Position numbers and translations under genes: made by a program
Assembly: GCF_036365525.1 (NCBI RefSeq)
Contig: NC_090413.1
Coordinates: 27,976,262 to 28,040,261 of the forward strand
Reading direction: 5' to 3'
DNA: 64,000 nt
Source: Heterodontus francisci
Taxonomy: Eukaryota
Notes under the pieces: model-generated
What the model saw: only the letters and a program-made list of their open reading frames with translations
What the model was told of the DNA's origin: nothing
Databases searched by the model: none
Shown: in pieces, positions 49,597-63,332 of the stretch
How positions within the stretch are numbered: the first letter of the stretch is position 1
Layout of the letters: each line of letters opens with the position of its first letter

Positions 49597-51309
49597 CTTG
49601 CCAATATCTTTGCATGCCCTCTTTTTACTTTCCTAATTTCCTTTTTAATTCCACCCAACACTTTTTATATTCCTCTAGGTTTTCTCCAGTATTGAGCCCT
49701 CGGTATCTGTCATAACCTTCACCTTTTTTAATCCTCTCCTTTTAAGGCCCGGGACATGCAGGGGGCTCAGGATGTGTTAGTCTGTTTCCCCAGAGGATAG
49801 TGAAGTTCACTGGACTCCAACTGAGTTGAAAGATTACCCAGCACCTGTGGAATGGACAAAGGCGATGGTTTCAGTCGACTATCAAATAACAGACAGCATC
49901 ATGTGAAAACACCCTCAATATCACAGCACACGTGTGATTTTCTTCAACGCGTGTATCACTGCGTGTGAATCTTTGGCACCTCAGCAATCTTGGATGCAAC
50001 CTGTGGTGTTTTAATCAATTGCACTCAGGAGTCAGTGAGTGATTTACCTAGAAATGACAGCAACGACACAGGCCATTCGGCCCATCTAGTCCGTGCTGGG
50101 GTTTATTCTCCACATCAGAAGTATCCAAATCCCGTGATCCTGTGTACTCATCCTGTTCCCATATCCCTGCCTGCACTCTCCTATAATTGCCGATCTAACC
50201 TAGTGGGAACTGCTAACACGGCCTCTGTTTCAATGACTAACTCTGGCAGTACATTCCACAGCCCCACACCTCTCTGTGTAAAGCTTTCTCCTGCACTCTG
50301 CCCAAAATCGTTTTAATCTTCTACCCATGTCCCCTCGCTCTAGCCCCTCAATCACTGGGAACTGTTTGTTTCTATCTGCCTGTCCCATCCCTTTGAAACA
50401 CCTCTCTCAGGACACATAGGAATAGGAAGAGGCCCATTCAGCCTCACTTGAAAAGTCCTTCAGCTTTTGTAAAGCGCTTTGGGATGTCCTGAGGTTGTGA
50501 AAGGTGATATACAAATGCAAGTTCTTCCTTCCGATCTTTATAACTCACCACCTGTTCGCACGTGGCTCACATAGAATGGCCACTGGATGAAGGACTGGGA
50601 GAATCATTACCTTCAGGAGATGAAGAAGGGAAGAAGATGAGAAAAGGAAAGCATTAAATGGGGAATCTCCGTTGACAGGTGTCAGTGTGGATATCCTGGC
50701 TCTGCATTGTGCGGAGGGAGTAGTTTGCACCTCACTGATGTGTTGGCAGTATTTTCCCAGTAGCTGCCTGCTGGACCAATTAGCCAGTGCATTTCCACGA
50801 TGCCTGCTGTCACCATGCTGTGCAATATATGAAGTATCTCTTATTTTACTATAAATACTGGGAGTGTTTGACAGGGATAACAATAATTGAGGAAAGGGAG
50901 TGTTTCCGGAGCTTGTTTACATGACGTACAGAGTGGCCAAGCAGCAGCAATGAGTGTAGGGTTAGGACGAGGTCTGAGGAGCCTCTGACCCTTCAGTTGT
51001 TGCCGATCCTGCTTTGGGCAGATGTTTAATGAACTTCCAGTGAAAGAATTTCCTTAAAAGTCATTACCGCTCCAATACAGAGCCAGGAAGCCTCCAGTTG
51101 CTGGGTTGAGTGTTGAGGAGCTGCCATGAGGAGGGACTGGCTTTTCATCCTTGAGAGAAGTTTCCGGAGAGGCGATCTTGCAGAGGACTCCGATCGACAG
51201 AAGGAGGAAGGCCTCTGTCACAATCAACCTGAAGAAAAGTTACATTTGTGAGGCTGACATTGCCTTAGTTCCATTGGCGATGGAAACTTCTTTAGCAAAT
51301 CTGTCTTCA

Positions 51310-53010
51310 AGGAGGAAGATACAGAAAATGTCCCAGAAATACTAGGGAACCAAGGAACTTGTAAAAATGAGGAACTGAAAGTAATTAGTATCAATGAAGA
51401 GACAGTACTCGAAAAATTAATTGGATTGAAAGTTGATAAATCCCCTGGACCAGATGAGCTACATCCCAGAGTATTGAAGGAAGTGGCTATAGAGATAGTA
51501 GATGCATTGGTGGTTATCTTTCAAAATTCTATCGATTCTGGAAGGGTTCCTGCAGACTGGAAAGTAGCAAATGTAACCTCATTATTTAAGAAGGAACCAA
51601 GAGAGAAAACGGAGAACTACAGACCTGTTAGTTTGATATCAGTGGTAGGGGAAATGTTAGAATTTATTATAAAGGATGTGATAACTCGACACTTAGAAAA
51701 TAATGATATGATTGGGCAGAGTCAACATGGATTTGTGAAAGAGAAATCCTGTTTGACAAAACCTGTTGGAGTTTTTTGAGGCTGTTACTTGTAGCATAGA
51801 TAAAGGAGAACCAGTGGATGTGGTGTATTTTGATTTTCAGAAGGCTTTTGATAAGGTCCCACACAGGAGGTTAGTAAACAAAATTCGAACACATGGGATT
51901 GGGGGTATTATACTGAAATGGACTGAGAATTGGTGAACAGACAGAAAGCACTGAGTAGGAATAAATGGGTTATTCTCAGGATGGCAGGCTGTTACTATTG
52001 GGGTACCACAAAGATCAGTGCTTGGACCACAGCTGTTTACAATCTATATAAATGATTTGGATATGGGGACAAATTGTAATATTTCCAAATTTGCTGATGA
52101 CATGAGGAAATGTAAGTTGTGAGGAGGATGCAAGGAGGCTTCAAGGGGATTTGGACTGGCTAAGTGAATGGGCAAGGACATGGCAGATGGAATATAATGT
52201 GAATAAGTGTGAAGTGATCCACTTTGGTAGAAAAAACAGAAAGACAGGGTAATTTCTTAAATGGTGAGAGGTTGGGAAGTGTTGATGTCCAAAGAGACCT
52301 GGGTGTCCTTGTTCATGAGTCACTGAAAGCTAGTCTGCAGGTGCAGCAAGCAATTAAGAAGGCAAATGGTATGTTGGCCTTCATTGCAAGTGGATTTGAG
52401 TACAGGAGTGAAGATATATTGCTTCAATTGTATAGAGCCTTGGTGAGATTGCATCTGGAGTATTGTGGACAGTTTTGGTCTCCTTATCGAAGGAAGGTTA
52501 TACTTGCCATAGAGGGAGTGCAATGGAGGTTCACCAGGCTAATCCCTGGGATGACAGGATTTCTATGAGGAGAGATTGAGGAAACTGGGCCTGTATTCGC
52601 TAGAGTTTCGAAGAATGAGCGGTGATCTCATTGAAACTTACAAAATTCTTACAGGGCGTGACAGGGTGGATGTGGATAGGATGTTTCCTCTGGCTGGTGA
52701 GTCTAGAACCGGGGGACACAGTCTCAGAATAAGGGGCAGGCCGTTTAAGACTGAGATGAGGAGCAATTTCTTTACTCAGAGGGTGGTGAATCTGTGGAAT
52801 TCTCTACCCCAGAGGGCTGTGGAAGCTCAATCATTGAGCATGCTCAGGATAGAAATCGATAGACTTCTGAATACTAATGACATCAAGGGATATGGGGATA
52901 CCGGGGGGAAATGGCGTAGAGGTAGATGATCAACCATGATCTGTTTGAATGGTGGAGCAGGCTCGACGGGCCGAATGGTCTACTCCTGCTGCTATTTCCT
53001 ATAACCCTAT
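51310..53010 (+). mobile_element. Degraded CR1 (RT and 3' tail)
   Basis: KSPGPDELHPRVLKE, NYRPVSL, KFADD, FFTQRVVNLWNSLP; several stops and frameshifts. Confidence 0.9.
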
Positions 53011-53206
53011 GTTCCAAAATCTGTAACCACGGCAACAGGGACAAGGGCCCTCCTCCTCCTCTTCATCACACTTTTTCCTTTGCAGCAGAACTAAACTTTC
53101 CTCATTCAGCCAGAGGACCAGCTGTGACAGTGGCCACTGCACCTCAGGATCCCAGCCCCGTTACCCAGCCCATCCCCCCTTCCCACTCCCCTTCACCCTC
53201 CCCTCC

Positions 53207-53393
53207 NNNNNNNNNNNNNNNNNNNNNNNNNNNNNNNNNNNNNNNNNNNNNNNNNNNNNNNNNNNNNNNNNNNNNNNNNNNNNNNNNNNNNNNNNNNNNN
53301 NNNNNNNNNNNNNNNNNNNNNNNNNNNNNNNNNNNNNNNNNNNNNNNNNNNNNNNNNNNNNNNNNNNNNNNNNNNNNNNNNNNNNNNNNNNNN
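53207..53393. other. Assembly gap (187 N)
   Basis: N run flanked by C-rich low-complexity sequence. Confidence 1.
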
Positions 53394-53591
53394 CCCCTTC
53401 CCGCTCTCCTTCCCTTCCCCCTCCCCAATCCATCCCCAACACCCACCTTCTCCCCATCCCTACCCCTCATCTACCAATTCCCAAACTCCTCCCTCTTCCC
53501 AATCTCCTCTCCATTACTGTCCCCTCCCCGCCCCTGTGTCTCTGTCCTGAGTGTTTGATACAAGTGTATCTTCTCTCTCTTGCCTCCACAG

Positions 53592-53682
53592 TTTGACGCA
53601 GACAGAGAGGAAGAGGAGGTGTTTGAAGATATCAGGGCGACTGTGGATGGGAAACTCATCCCGAGCAAACAGCCAGCAGCGG
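53592..53682 (+). CDS. AK5-like exon 7
   Basis: FDADREEEEVFEDIRATVDGKLIPSKQPAA; ccacag acceptor and gtaagt donor; 91 nt, phase 0/1. Confidence 0.93.
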
Positions 53683-53747
53683 GTAAGTGTCAGTGGAAAG
53701 CCTGCGCCAGCTGTATCAGACAGTCCAGCAGGGAGCAAAGAGGGAGC

Positions 53748-54336
53748 GGGGGGAGCAGACAGGGCAGTGGGGAGCAGACAGGGCAGTGGGGAGCAGGCAG
53801 GGCAGTGGGGAGCAGGAAGGGCAGTGGGGAGCAGACAGGGCAGTGGGGAGCAGACAGGGCAGTGGGGAGCAGACAGGGCAGTGGGGAGCAGACAGGGAGC
53901 AGGAAGGGCAGTGGGGAGCAGGAAGGGCAGTGGGGAGCAGACAGGGCAGTGGGGAGCAGACAGGGCAGTGGGGAGCAGACAGGGAGCAGGAAGGGCAGTG
54001 GGGAGCAGGAAGGGCAGTGGGGAGCAGACAGGGCAGTGGGGAGCAGACAGGGCAGTGGGGAGCAGGCAGGGCAGTGGGGAGCAGACAGGGAGCGGGCAGG
54101 GCAGTGGGGAGCAGGAAGGGCAGTGGGGAGCAGGAAGGGCAGTGGGGAGCAGGAAGGGCAGTGGGGAGCAGACAGGGCAGTGGGGAGCAGACAGGGCAGT
54201 GCGGTGCAGACAGGGCAGTGGGGAGCAGACAGGGAGCAGGCAGGGCAGGGGGGAGCAGGAAGGGCAGTGGGGAGCAGACAGGGCAGTGGGGAGCAGACAG
54301 GGCAGTGGGGAGCAGACAGGGCAGTGGGGAGCAGAC
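53748..54336. repeat. 19-bp G-rich minisatellite
   Basis: AGGGCAGTGGGGAGCAGAC with GAA/GCA variants. Confidence 0.95.
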
Positions 54337-54582
54337 GGTGTATAATTCACTGTCTCGTGCTGTGCAGGTTGTAATTCCTGGACTGGCTCCTGACTCGACT
54401 GAGATGGGTTTACACGACTCTGATTGGCTCTCCCGCTGGGGTCAGTAAGCAGAGGTCACACATTTCAGAATGAACCAGGGGTGGGAATGCCGGGAACTTT
54501 TCCACAGTGTTCTGGAAATGTCCAGCCTGAGAAACGAGTGGAAGTGGGATCCGAGGGTTAGTTTGAGCAAGTTTCCTCTCCC

Positions 54583-56581
54583 TGGGGTGTGGCCCCTGGT
54601 CCCCAGGGTCTGGTCATCAATGTCCTCGGGGTCTGGTCCCTGGGGTCTGGTCATCAGTGTCCTGGGGGTCTGGTCCCTGGGGTCTGGTCATCTGTGTCCT
54701 CGGGGTCTGGTCCCTGGGGTCTGGTCAACAGTGTCCTGGGGGTCTGGTCCCTGGGGTCTGGTCATCTGTGTCCTCGGGGTCTGGTCCCTGGGGTCTGGTC
54801 AACAGTGTCCTGGGGGTCTGGTCCCTGGGGTCTGGTCATCAGTGTCCTGGGGGTCTGGTCCCTGGGGTCTGGTCATCAGTGTCCTCGGGGTCTGGTCCTC
54901 GGGGTCTGGTCCTCTGTGTCCTCGGGGTCTGGTCCTCTGTGTCCTCGGGGTCTGGCCATCAGTGTCCTCGGGGTCTGGTCCCTGGGGTCTGGTCATCAGT
55001 GTCCTCGGGGTCTGGACCCTCGGGGTCTGGTCCTCTGTGTCCTCGGGGTCTGGTCCTCTGTGTCCTCGGGGTCTGGTCCTCTGTGTCCTGGGGGTCTGGT
55101 CCTCTGTGTCCTCGGGGTCTGGTCCTCTGTGTCCTCGGGGTCTGGTCATCAGTGTCCTCGGGGTCTGGTCCCTGGGGTCTGGTCATCAGTGTCCTCGGGG
55201 TCTGGTCCCTGGGGTCTGGTCATCAGTGTCCTCGGGGTCTGGTCCTCTGTGTCCTCGGGGTCTGGTCCTCTGTGTCCCGGGGGTCTGGTCCTCTGTGTCC
55301 TTGGGGTCTGGTCTTCGGGGTCTGGTCCTCTGTGTCCTGGGGGTCTGGTCCTCTGTGTCCTCGGGGTCTGGTCTTCGGGGTCTGGTCCTCTGTGTCCTCG
55401 GGGTCTGGTCTTCGGGGTCTGGTCCTCTGTGTCCTCGGGGTCTGGTCCTCTGTGTCCTGGGGGTCTGGTCCTCTGTGTCCTGGGGGTCTGGTCTTCGGGG
55501 TCTGGTCCTCTGTGTCCTGGGGGTCTGGTCTTCGGGGTCTGGTCCTCTGTGTCCTGGGGGTCTGGTCCTCTGTGTCCTCGGGGTCTGGTCCTCTGTGTCC
55601 TCGGGGTCTGGTCCTCTGTGTCCTCGGGGTCTGGTCTTCGGGGTCTGGTCCTCTGTGTCCTGGGGGTCTGGTCCTCTGTGTCCTCGGGGTCTGGTCCTCT
55701 GTGTCCTCGGGGTCTGGTCTTCGGGGTCTGGTCCTCTGTGTCCTCGGGGTCTGGTCCTCTGTGTCCTCGGGGTCTGGTCTTCGGGGTCTGGTCCTCTGTG
55801 TCCTGGGGGTCTGGTCCTCTGTGTCCTCGGGGTCTGGTCCTCTGTGTCCTCAGGGTCTGGTCTTCGGGGTCTGGTCCTCTGTGTCCTCGGGGTCTGGTCC
55901 TCTGTGTCCTCGGGGTCTGGTCCTCTGTGTCCTCGGGGTCTGGTCCTCTGTGTCCTGGGGGTCTGGTCCTCTGTGTCCTCGGGGTCTGGTCCTCTGTGTC
56001 CTCGGGGTCTGGTCTTCGGGGTCTGGTCCTCTGTGTCCTCGGGGTCTGGTCCTCTGTGTCCTCGGGGTCTGGTCTTCGGGGTCTGGTCCTCTGTGTCCTG
56101 GGGGTCTGGTCCATGTGTCCTCGGGATCTGGTCCTCTGTGTCCTCGGGGTCTGGTCCTCAGTGTCCTCGGGGTCTGGTCCCTGGGGTCTGGTCATCAGTG
56201 TCCTCGGGGTCTGGACCCTCGGGGTCTGGTCCTCTGTGTCCTGGGGGTCTGGTCCTCTGTGTCCTGGGGGTCTGGTCCTCTGTGTCCTCGGGGTCTGGTC
56301 CTCAGTGTCCTCGGGGTCTGGTCCCTGGGGTCTGGTCCTCTGTGTCCTCGGGGTCTGGACCCTCGGGGTCTGGTCCCTGGGGTCTGGTCATCAGTGTCCT
56401 CGGGGTCTGGACCCTCGGGGTCTGGTCCTCTGTGTCCTGGGGGTCTGGTCCTCTGTGTCCTGGGGGTCTGGTCCTCTGTGTCCTCGGGGTCTGGTCCTCA
56501 GTGTCCTCGGGGTCTGGTCCCTGGGGTCTGGTCCTCTGTGTCCTCGGGGTCTGGACCCTCGGGGTCTGGTCCTCTGTGTCC
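54583..56581. repeat. Composite 23-bp / 14-bp minisatellite
   Basis: GGGGTCTGGTCCTCTGTGTCCTC interleaved with GGGGTCTGGTC(TTC/CCT). Confidence 0.95.
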
Positions 56582-57028
56582 ACCCTGGGTGAATGTTGCT
56601 GCTTAATTTTTCTGGAACTTGCAGATCCAGAGTGTTATCTTCACCCACATGGAAATAACATCTCCGAATATTTCTCACTCAAACATTGATGTTCCATGCC
56701 CACTCTACACTATTTTTAGTGCTCTAGTTAACACTTATGTGTTAAATTCTTGGCTATACTACTTTCGCCACAGAGATACGGGTTTAAAGCAAGGCCGATG
56801 GGAAATTAACACAATTTAAAACTCGCACCCAGAATTAAGGAAACCCTTTAAACCCTCAATAGCTGTCTTCATTTGCCAGTCCAGTATCTAGGACTGTCGA
56901 GTGTTTCACATTATCTTGGATCTCAGGTAGGAAATGGTTTGGAAATAATTACGCTCTGGGAATATTGTGTTATTGTGTTGAATGTTGCTGCAGCTTTGTC
57001 TAATTCTTTCATCTGTCCCCTCACTCAG

Positions 57029-57087
57029 GCCCCAGTGAACTCAACCTCTGCCTGATTGCTGATGTCAGTTCAGATACTGAGGAGCAG
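57029..57087 (+). CDS. AK5-like exon 8 (GPSELNLCLIADVSSDTEEQ)
   Basis: cactcag acceptor and gtaata donor; 59 nt, phase 1/0. Resembles recalled human GSSDLDPSMILD...SDYEDQ. Confidence 0.75.
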
Positions 57088-58199
57088 GTAATATCAGTAA
57101 TTCCTTATTGTGTCCGCTTGTGCATCCTCCTTCCTCGATACCCTTTTCCTAAAGGTTTGAGGCTATTCCGCAGGTGCTGACCACACTTACCCTGAGGAGC
57201 CACACTGAAGCAAGCAGGCTATTTGCTCCTGAAAGGCATCACAGCCAAACCTGAATCCCTCTGCCCAACACCCAGTGCAGTTGGATGACCAGGTGTTGGA
57301 TGATTGGGTGTCGGGGGTGATCGAGTGATCAAGTGTCAAGTGATGGGGTGTCGGGTGATCGAGTTTTGATCTCCAGTGGTCTTCCTTTAGCTCTGGCCGT
57401 GCTGTGACATCCCTTCTCAGGTTTGTGGAGCTTTGATACCCAGTCTTAACTGGCCCAGCAGAGCCTAGAATGTTCATTCTTCATGTGTGTGTTGGCTGAC
57501 TCTTTGACTAGGGGAGGCAGCACCAAGAGTCTGATATTTATAAAATCCAGCTCCCAGCATTAGTGGCTGATTAGGAGTCAGAGCCCAGGTTGATTCGAAC
57601 CTTCCCCAGCCCAACTGAGAGAGTGTAGGAGATTGGAATTAAAGGCACATCTACACTTAACCCCTCACTAAGGTGTTCTGTGAGACACATTACAGGACAA
57701 GTCTCCTTTAAAAAAACAAAGGTACATTTCTGCAACTTGCAGCCCATTCCACAGCTATCAGGTTTGAAAACTAACATTGGATTGGTTTCCATGGAAACTG
57801 TGACGCAGATTCTGTAGGAAGAGATGAGGCTGCTTTCAGCACCATTCCCTCTTCCACATTGACTGAGGGCCCAAAGAGCATCAAATTCCTTATGGGGATT
57901 CCCAACCCTCCAGATTGCCCTGAAGTGTCCACTGCTAGGAGGAAATCTGGGAGAAAAATCATTGGGGCAATTAAAAATAGTTTTTAAACATTTCTGATTG
58001 TTATTTATGGAAACGGGAGAACAGGCTGTTTGACCGGGTGGGGCGGTTTGAGGTGGGAGGTCATGTGATAAAATCTCCAGGACTACGTCCAACCCGAGTT
58101 GGCAAGCTGACTTCCTTGTCAACATTTCCATGGAAACTGCCTCCTTAGCCAATCAGATCCACCTCAAACTTTCAGTGTCCTCATCTCAGTGAGGATCAG

Positions 58200-58975
58200 A
58201 TGGGAGAGAGGGAGAGAGAAAGGGTCAGAAAAAGAAAAAAGAGGGGGAGGGAGAGAGGGAGCAGGGAAAGGAAAGGGGAAAGACAGAAAAAATGGTGAGA
58301 GAGAGAAAAAGGGAGAGAGCATGAGAAGTTTATGGATGGGGGTGAGAGGGGGAGGGAGGGATGGAGGCGAGAGAGAGGGAGGGATGGAGGCGAGAGGGAG
58401 GGAGGGATGGAGGCGAGAGGGAGGGAGGGAAGGATGGAGGCGAGAGGGAGGGAGGGAAGGATGGAGGCGAGGGGGAGGGAGGGATGGAGGCGGGAGGGAG
58501 GGAGGGAGGGATGGAGGCAAGAGTGAGGGAGGGAGGGATGGAGGCAAGGGGGAGGGAGGAAGGGATGGAGGCGAGAGGGAGGGAGGGATGGAGGCGAGAG
58601 GGAGGGAGGGATGGAGGCAAGAGTGAGGGAGGGAGGGATGGAGGCGAGGGGGAGGGAGGAAGGGATGGAGGCGAGAGGGAGGGAGGGAGGGATGGAGGCG
58701 AGGGGGAGGGAGGAAGGGATGGAGGCGAGAGGGAGAGAGGGAGGGATGGAGGTGAGGGGGAGGGAGGCGAGAGGGAGGGATGGAGGTGAGAGAGAGGGAG
58801 GGAGGGATGGAGGCGAGAAGAAGGGAGGGATGGAGGCGAGAGGGAAAGTGGGATGGAGGAGAGAAGGAGGAAGGGATGGAGGCGAGGGGGAGGGAGGCAG
58901 TGGGAGAAGGAAGGGGAGAATATGAAAGGGAAAGGAAGGAAGGAGGGAGTGTGGGGGAGAGAGAGAGATGGAGAG
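58200..58975. repeat. Purine-rich minisatellite GGGATGGAGGCGAGA(GGGA)n
   Basis: Read directly from the sequence. Confidence 0.9.
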
Positions 58976-60122
58976 GTTGGTTGTTTATCTGAATCAATGG
59001 CTGACAGGCCCTGTTCCATTAGAAAGGGCAAAGTGAACCATTTCCAGGTTCAATCCAGGACCCCGCCCCCGAGCAGCAGTGAGTGTGGGAGCTCCTGTCC
59101 CACTCTTCAATGGATAGTGACACACCTGTGCCAATATCAGGAAAACCTTTAAATTCCATGGATAAAGGTTTGACCCAATAGCAGCACCTGTATTTTGGGG
59201 AGTCAGTTTTGCAGAGACTCTGTTCTGTTCTGTTTGTCTGTCCTGCTGTTTCTCTCTCTCTTTCCTCTCTGCACAATAATGATTGCTTTAACTGCAATCA
59301 CGAGCTGCCTTTGAGGAGTGTACGGAGGAGGGGAATCAAATATATTTAGAATCTATTTTGTTGCACAATTGTCCCCGACACACAACCATGATCTGAGGTG
59401 GACAATCTGAGCGGTTAGTTCAAGGACAGAGCGAAGGTTCGTAGCTGGTTAGCAACCCTCCAGGAGAGTCCTGCAATTAATCTCCTGGACACACAGAGTA
59501 ATAATGATGTCTTATTAATGTTTTCTTTGCACCCATCATTTATTACTTTTAAAAGTATTGGAGGTTGGGCGGGGGGAGTTAAAATGGGCTATTTGACTGG
59601 GTCAGGTGGTTACAGGCGGGCGGTTTTGTGATGGAAGCTCCCGGAATCTGGAAGCCAGAGTTGGCAACTCAAATTTCCAAAGATGGGAAAAATAAGAGTT
59701 TCTTGATGCGAATTGGAGGGTATCAAAGCCGAGAGCTTGTAGTGGGAGAGAGGGAGGGAGGAGTTTGAGTAAAGAACAGGTCTCCATTTCAGCTGGAGGA
59801 GACGACACAGACTGGGAAAGTACTCGAGTCGAGGCTCACATCACTGATCACCAACTTGGGTGGGAAAACTCCGGAGTTCTCACATGGTATCAGAATGTTG
59901 CTGCCACCCATTGAAGCAGATGCCAGACTTCAGGAGGAGAGACGGAGTGGCTGTGCCTCTTCCTCCCCTTTCCCAGCACAGGCACGACAGGCTGAATGGC
60001 CTCATCCTGTCATTTTGATGATTTGAATGACTGTATGTGTGAGCTTGTGGATAATCTGGGGTTGTAACTGACTGGGTCAGGCTGGTTCATGATATTCTTT
60101 CCTGCTCTGTATGTTATAACAG

Positions 60123-60159
60123 GTCAGAGATTCTGCCTCCGGTGAGGAGTCCCTGCAAG
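60123..60159 (+). CDS. AK5-like exon 9 (VRDSASGEESLQ)
   Basis: ataacag acceptor and gtcagt donor; 37 nt, phase 0/1. Resembles recalled human ...GEDTMG. Confidence 0.6.
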
Positions 60160-60549
60160 GTCAGTATCCTCGAGACTCTGCGTTAATAGTCACAGCCAAC
60201 ATGTGTAGCAAATGCAAACCATCCCTGTGACTCAGCACAGGATAGAGAGAAGTGTCGAACCTGGAGCTGCACATTCAGCTGTGCCAAGAGACAAGAGGAG
60301 GCTCTCGTTGTCACTCAAACACATTGGGGGAAGTGTTAACTCATAGAAATGGGTGATTATAAATCAGTCGCCTGTTATATACCCACCCGGTATCTCATCC
60401 ATCAACTTCGATAGAAAGGAAGTTGTTTGTGGTCTATGACAGGCACTGATTTCATATCATCAAAAGTTCAAATGTCCCCATGGGGTGAATGCAGTCACAC
60501 ATCCTGAGATTGGGCAGTGCCAGAGATACAAAACAGGCACAAAGTAAAT

Positions 60550-63048
60550 CCCCCACTCACTCCCCACATTCCCCACTCACTCCCCACATTCCCCACTCAC
60601 TCCCCACATTCCCCACTCACTCCTCACATTCCCCACCCACTCCCCACTCATTCCCCACTCACTCCCCACATTCCCCACTCACTCCCCACATTCCCCACTC
60701 ACTCCCCACTCACTCCCCACTCACTCCCCACTCACTCCCCACATTCCCCACTCACTCCCCACATTCCCCACTCACTCCCCACATTCCCCACTCACTCCCC
60801 ACTCACTCCCCACTCACTCCCCACTCACTCCCCACTCACTCCCCACATTCCCCACTCACTCCCCACACTCCCCACATTCCCCACTCACTCCCCACATTCC
60901 CCACTCACTCCCCACATTCCCCACTCACTCCCCACTCACTCCCCACTCACTCCCCACTCACTCCCCACTCACTCCCCACATTCCCCACTCACGCCCCACA
61001 TTCCCCACTCACTCCCCACATTCCCCACTCACTCCCCACATTCCCCACTCACTCCCCACATTCTCCACTCACGCCTCACATTCCCCACTCACTCCCCACA
61101 TTCCCCACTCACTCCCCACATTCCCCACTCACTCCCCACATTCCCCACTCACTCCCCACATTCCCCACTCACTTCCCACATTCTCCACTCACGCCCCACA
61201 TTCCCCACTCACTCCCCACATTCCCCACTCACTCCCCACTCACTCCCCACTCACTCCCCACATTCCCCACTCACTCCCCACATTCCCCACTCACTCCCCA
61301 CATTCCCCACTCACTTCCCACATTCTCCACTCACGCCTCACATTCCCCACTCACTCCCCACATTCCCCACTCACTCCCCACATTCCCCACTCACTCCCCA
61401 CATTCCCCACTCACTCCCCACATTCCCCACTCACGCCCCACATTCCCCACTCACGCCCCACATTCCCCACACACGCCCCACATTCCCCACTCACGCCCCA
61501 CATTCTCCACTCACGCCCCACATTCCCCACATTCCCCACTCACTCCCCACTCACTCCCCACTCACTCCCCACTCACTCCCCACTCACTCCCCACATTCCC
61601 CACTCACTCCCCACATTCCCCACTCACTCCCCACATTCCCCACTCACTCCCCACATTCCCCACTCACTTCCCACATTCTCCACTCACGCCCCACATTCCC
61701 CACTCACTCCCCACTCACTCCCCACATTCCCACTCACTCCCCACATTCCCCACTCACTCCCCACATTCCCCACTCACTCCCCACATTCCCCACTCACTTC
61801 CCACATTCTCCACTCACTTCCCACATTCTCCACTCACTCCCCACATTCCCCACTCACTCCCCACATTCCCCACTCACTCCCCACATTCCCCACTCACGCC
61901 CCACATTCCCCACTCACGCCCCACATTCCCCACTCACGCCCCACATTCCCCACTCACGCCCCCCATTCCCCACTCACGCCCCCCATTCCCCACTCACGCC
62001 CCAAATTCCCCACTCACGCCCCACATTCCCCACTCACGCCCCACATTCCCCACTCACGCCCCACATTCCCCATTCACTCCCCACATTCCCCACTCACTCC
62101 CCACATTCCCCACTCACTCCCCACATTCCCCACTCACGCCCCACATTCCCCACTCACTCCCCACATTCCCCACTCACTTCCCACATTCTCCACTCACGCC
62201 TCACATTCCCCACTCACTCCCCACATTCCCCACTCACTCCCCACATTCCCCACTCACTCCCCACATTCCCCACTCACTCCCCACATTCCCCACTCACTCC
62301 CCACATTCCCCACTCACTCCCCACATTCCCCACTCACTTCCCACATTCTCCACTCACGCCCCACATTCCCCACTCTCCCCACATTCCCCACTCACTCCCC
62401 ACTCACTCCCCACATTCCCCACTCACTTCCCACATTCTCCACTCACGCCCCACATTCCCCATTCGCTCCCCACTCGCTCCCCACATTCCCCACTCACTCC
62501 CCACATTCCCCACTCACTCCCCACATTCCCCACTCACTCCCCACATTCCCCACTCACTCCCCACATTCCCCACTCACTCCCCACATTCCCCACTCACTCC
62601 CCACATTCCCCACTCACTCCCCACATTCCCCACTCACTCCCCACATTCCCCACTCACTCCCCACATTCCCCACTCACTCCCCACATTCCCCACTCACTCC
62701 CCACATTCCCCACTCACTCCCCACATTCCCCACTCACTCCCCACATTCCCCACTCACTTCCCACATTCCCCACTCACTCCCCACATTCCCCACTCACTCC
62801 CCACATTCCCCAGTCACGCCCCACATTCCCCACTCACGCCCCACATTCCCCACTCACTCCCCACATTCCCCACTCACTCCCCACATTCCCCACTCACTCC
62901 CCACATTCCCCACTCACTCCCCACATTCCCCACTCACGCCCCACATTCCCCACTCACGCCCCACATTCCCCACTCACTCCCCACTCACTCCCCACTCACT
63001 CCCCACTCAATCCCCACTCACTCCCCACATTCCCCACTCACTCCCCAC
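60550..63048. repeat. 20-bp C-rich minisatellite with 11-bp subunits
   Basis: CCCCACTCACTCCCCACATT and CCCCACTCACT. Confidence 0.97.
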
Positions 63049-63150
63049 CCATTCTTTTCAATTTATTTCAATGAGCCTGTTTGACTCAATTACAAAGATC
63101 AGCCTCACCCCCAGGTGCTGTGTGTCTGACAGGACGATGCAGTGTGCACA

Positions 63151-63266
63151 CTGTGGGCAGTGTGTGTGTACCGCGGGCAGTGTGCGTGTACCGCGGGCAG
63201 TGTGCGTGTACCGCGGGCAGTGTGCGTGTACCACGGGCAGTGTGCGTGTACCGCGGGCAGTGTGTG
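63151..63266. repeat. 20-bp CpG-rich tandem repeat, about 5 copies
   Basis: TGTGCGTGTACCGCGGGCAG. Confidence 0.9.
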
Positions 63267-63332
63267 ATGGCAGACCTGGTGTTTATTTGTCTAGCTTTGC
63301 GGACGGGTACAGATGTGCCTTTCCTGTTGCAG

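Larger units (their letters stand above)
45505..49770 (-). mobile_element. Degraded CR1 hosting two SINEs and an RTE
   Basis: Tail at about 45520-45555, KSPGLDEMYPR...NYRPV at 47534..47809, and CR1 sequence resumes after 49596. Confidence 0.85.

Noticed and set aside
52926-53558. ORFs spanning the N run
   Set aside because: Artefacts of the assembly gap.
53748-54336. Resemblance to an immunoglobulin switch region (G-rich, AGCA motifs)
   Set aside because: No Ig exons nearby, short length, and no AGCT clusters; an ordinary minisatellite explains it.
54470-56689. 650-740 aa ORFs in all three + frames
   Set aside because: The repeat is almost free of A, so it cannot form stop codons; there is no domain content.
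60489-63084. 855-861 aa Pro/His/Thr-rich ORFs
   Set aside because: Translation of a 20-bp C-rich repeat inside an intron.
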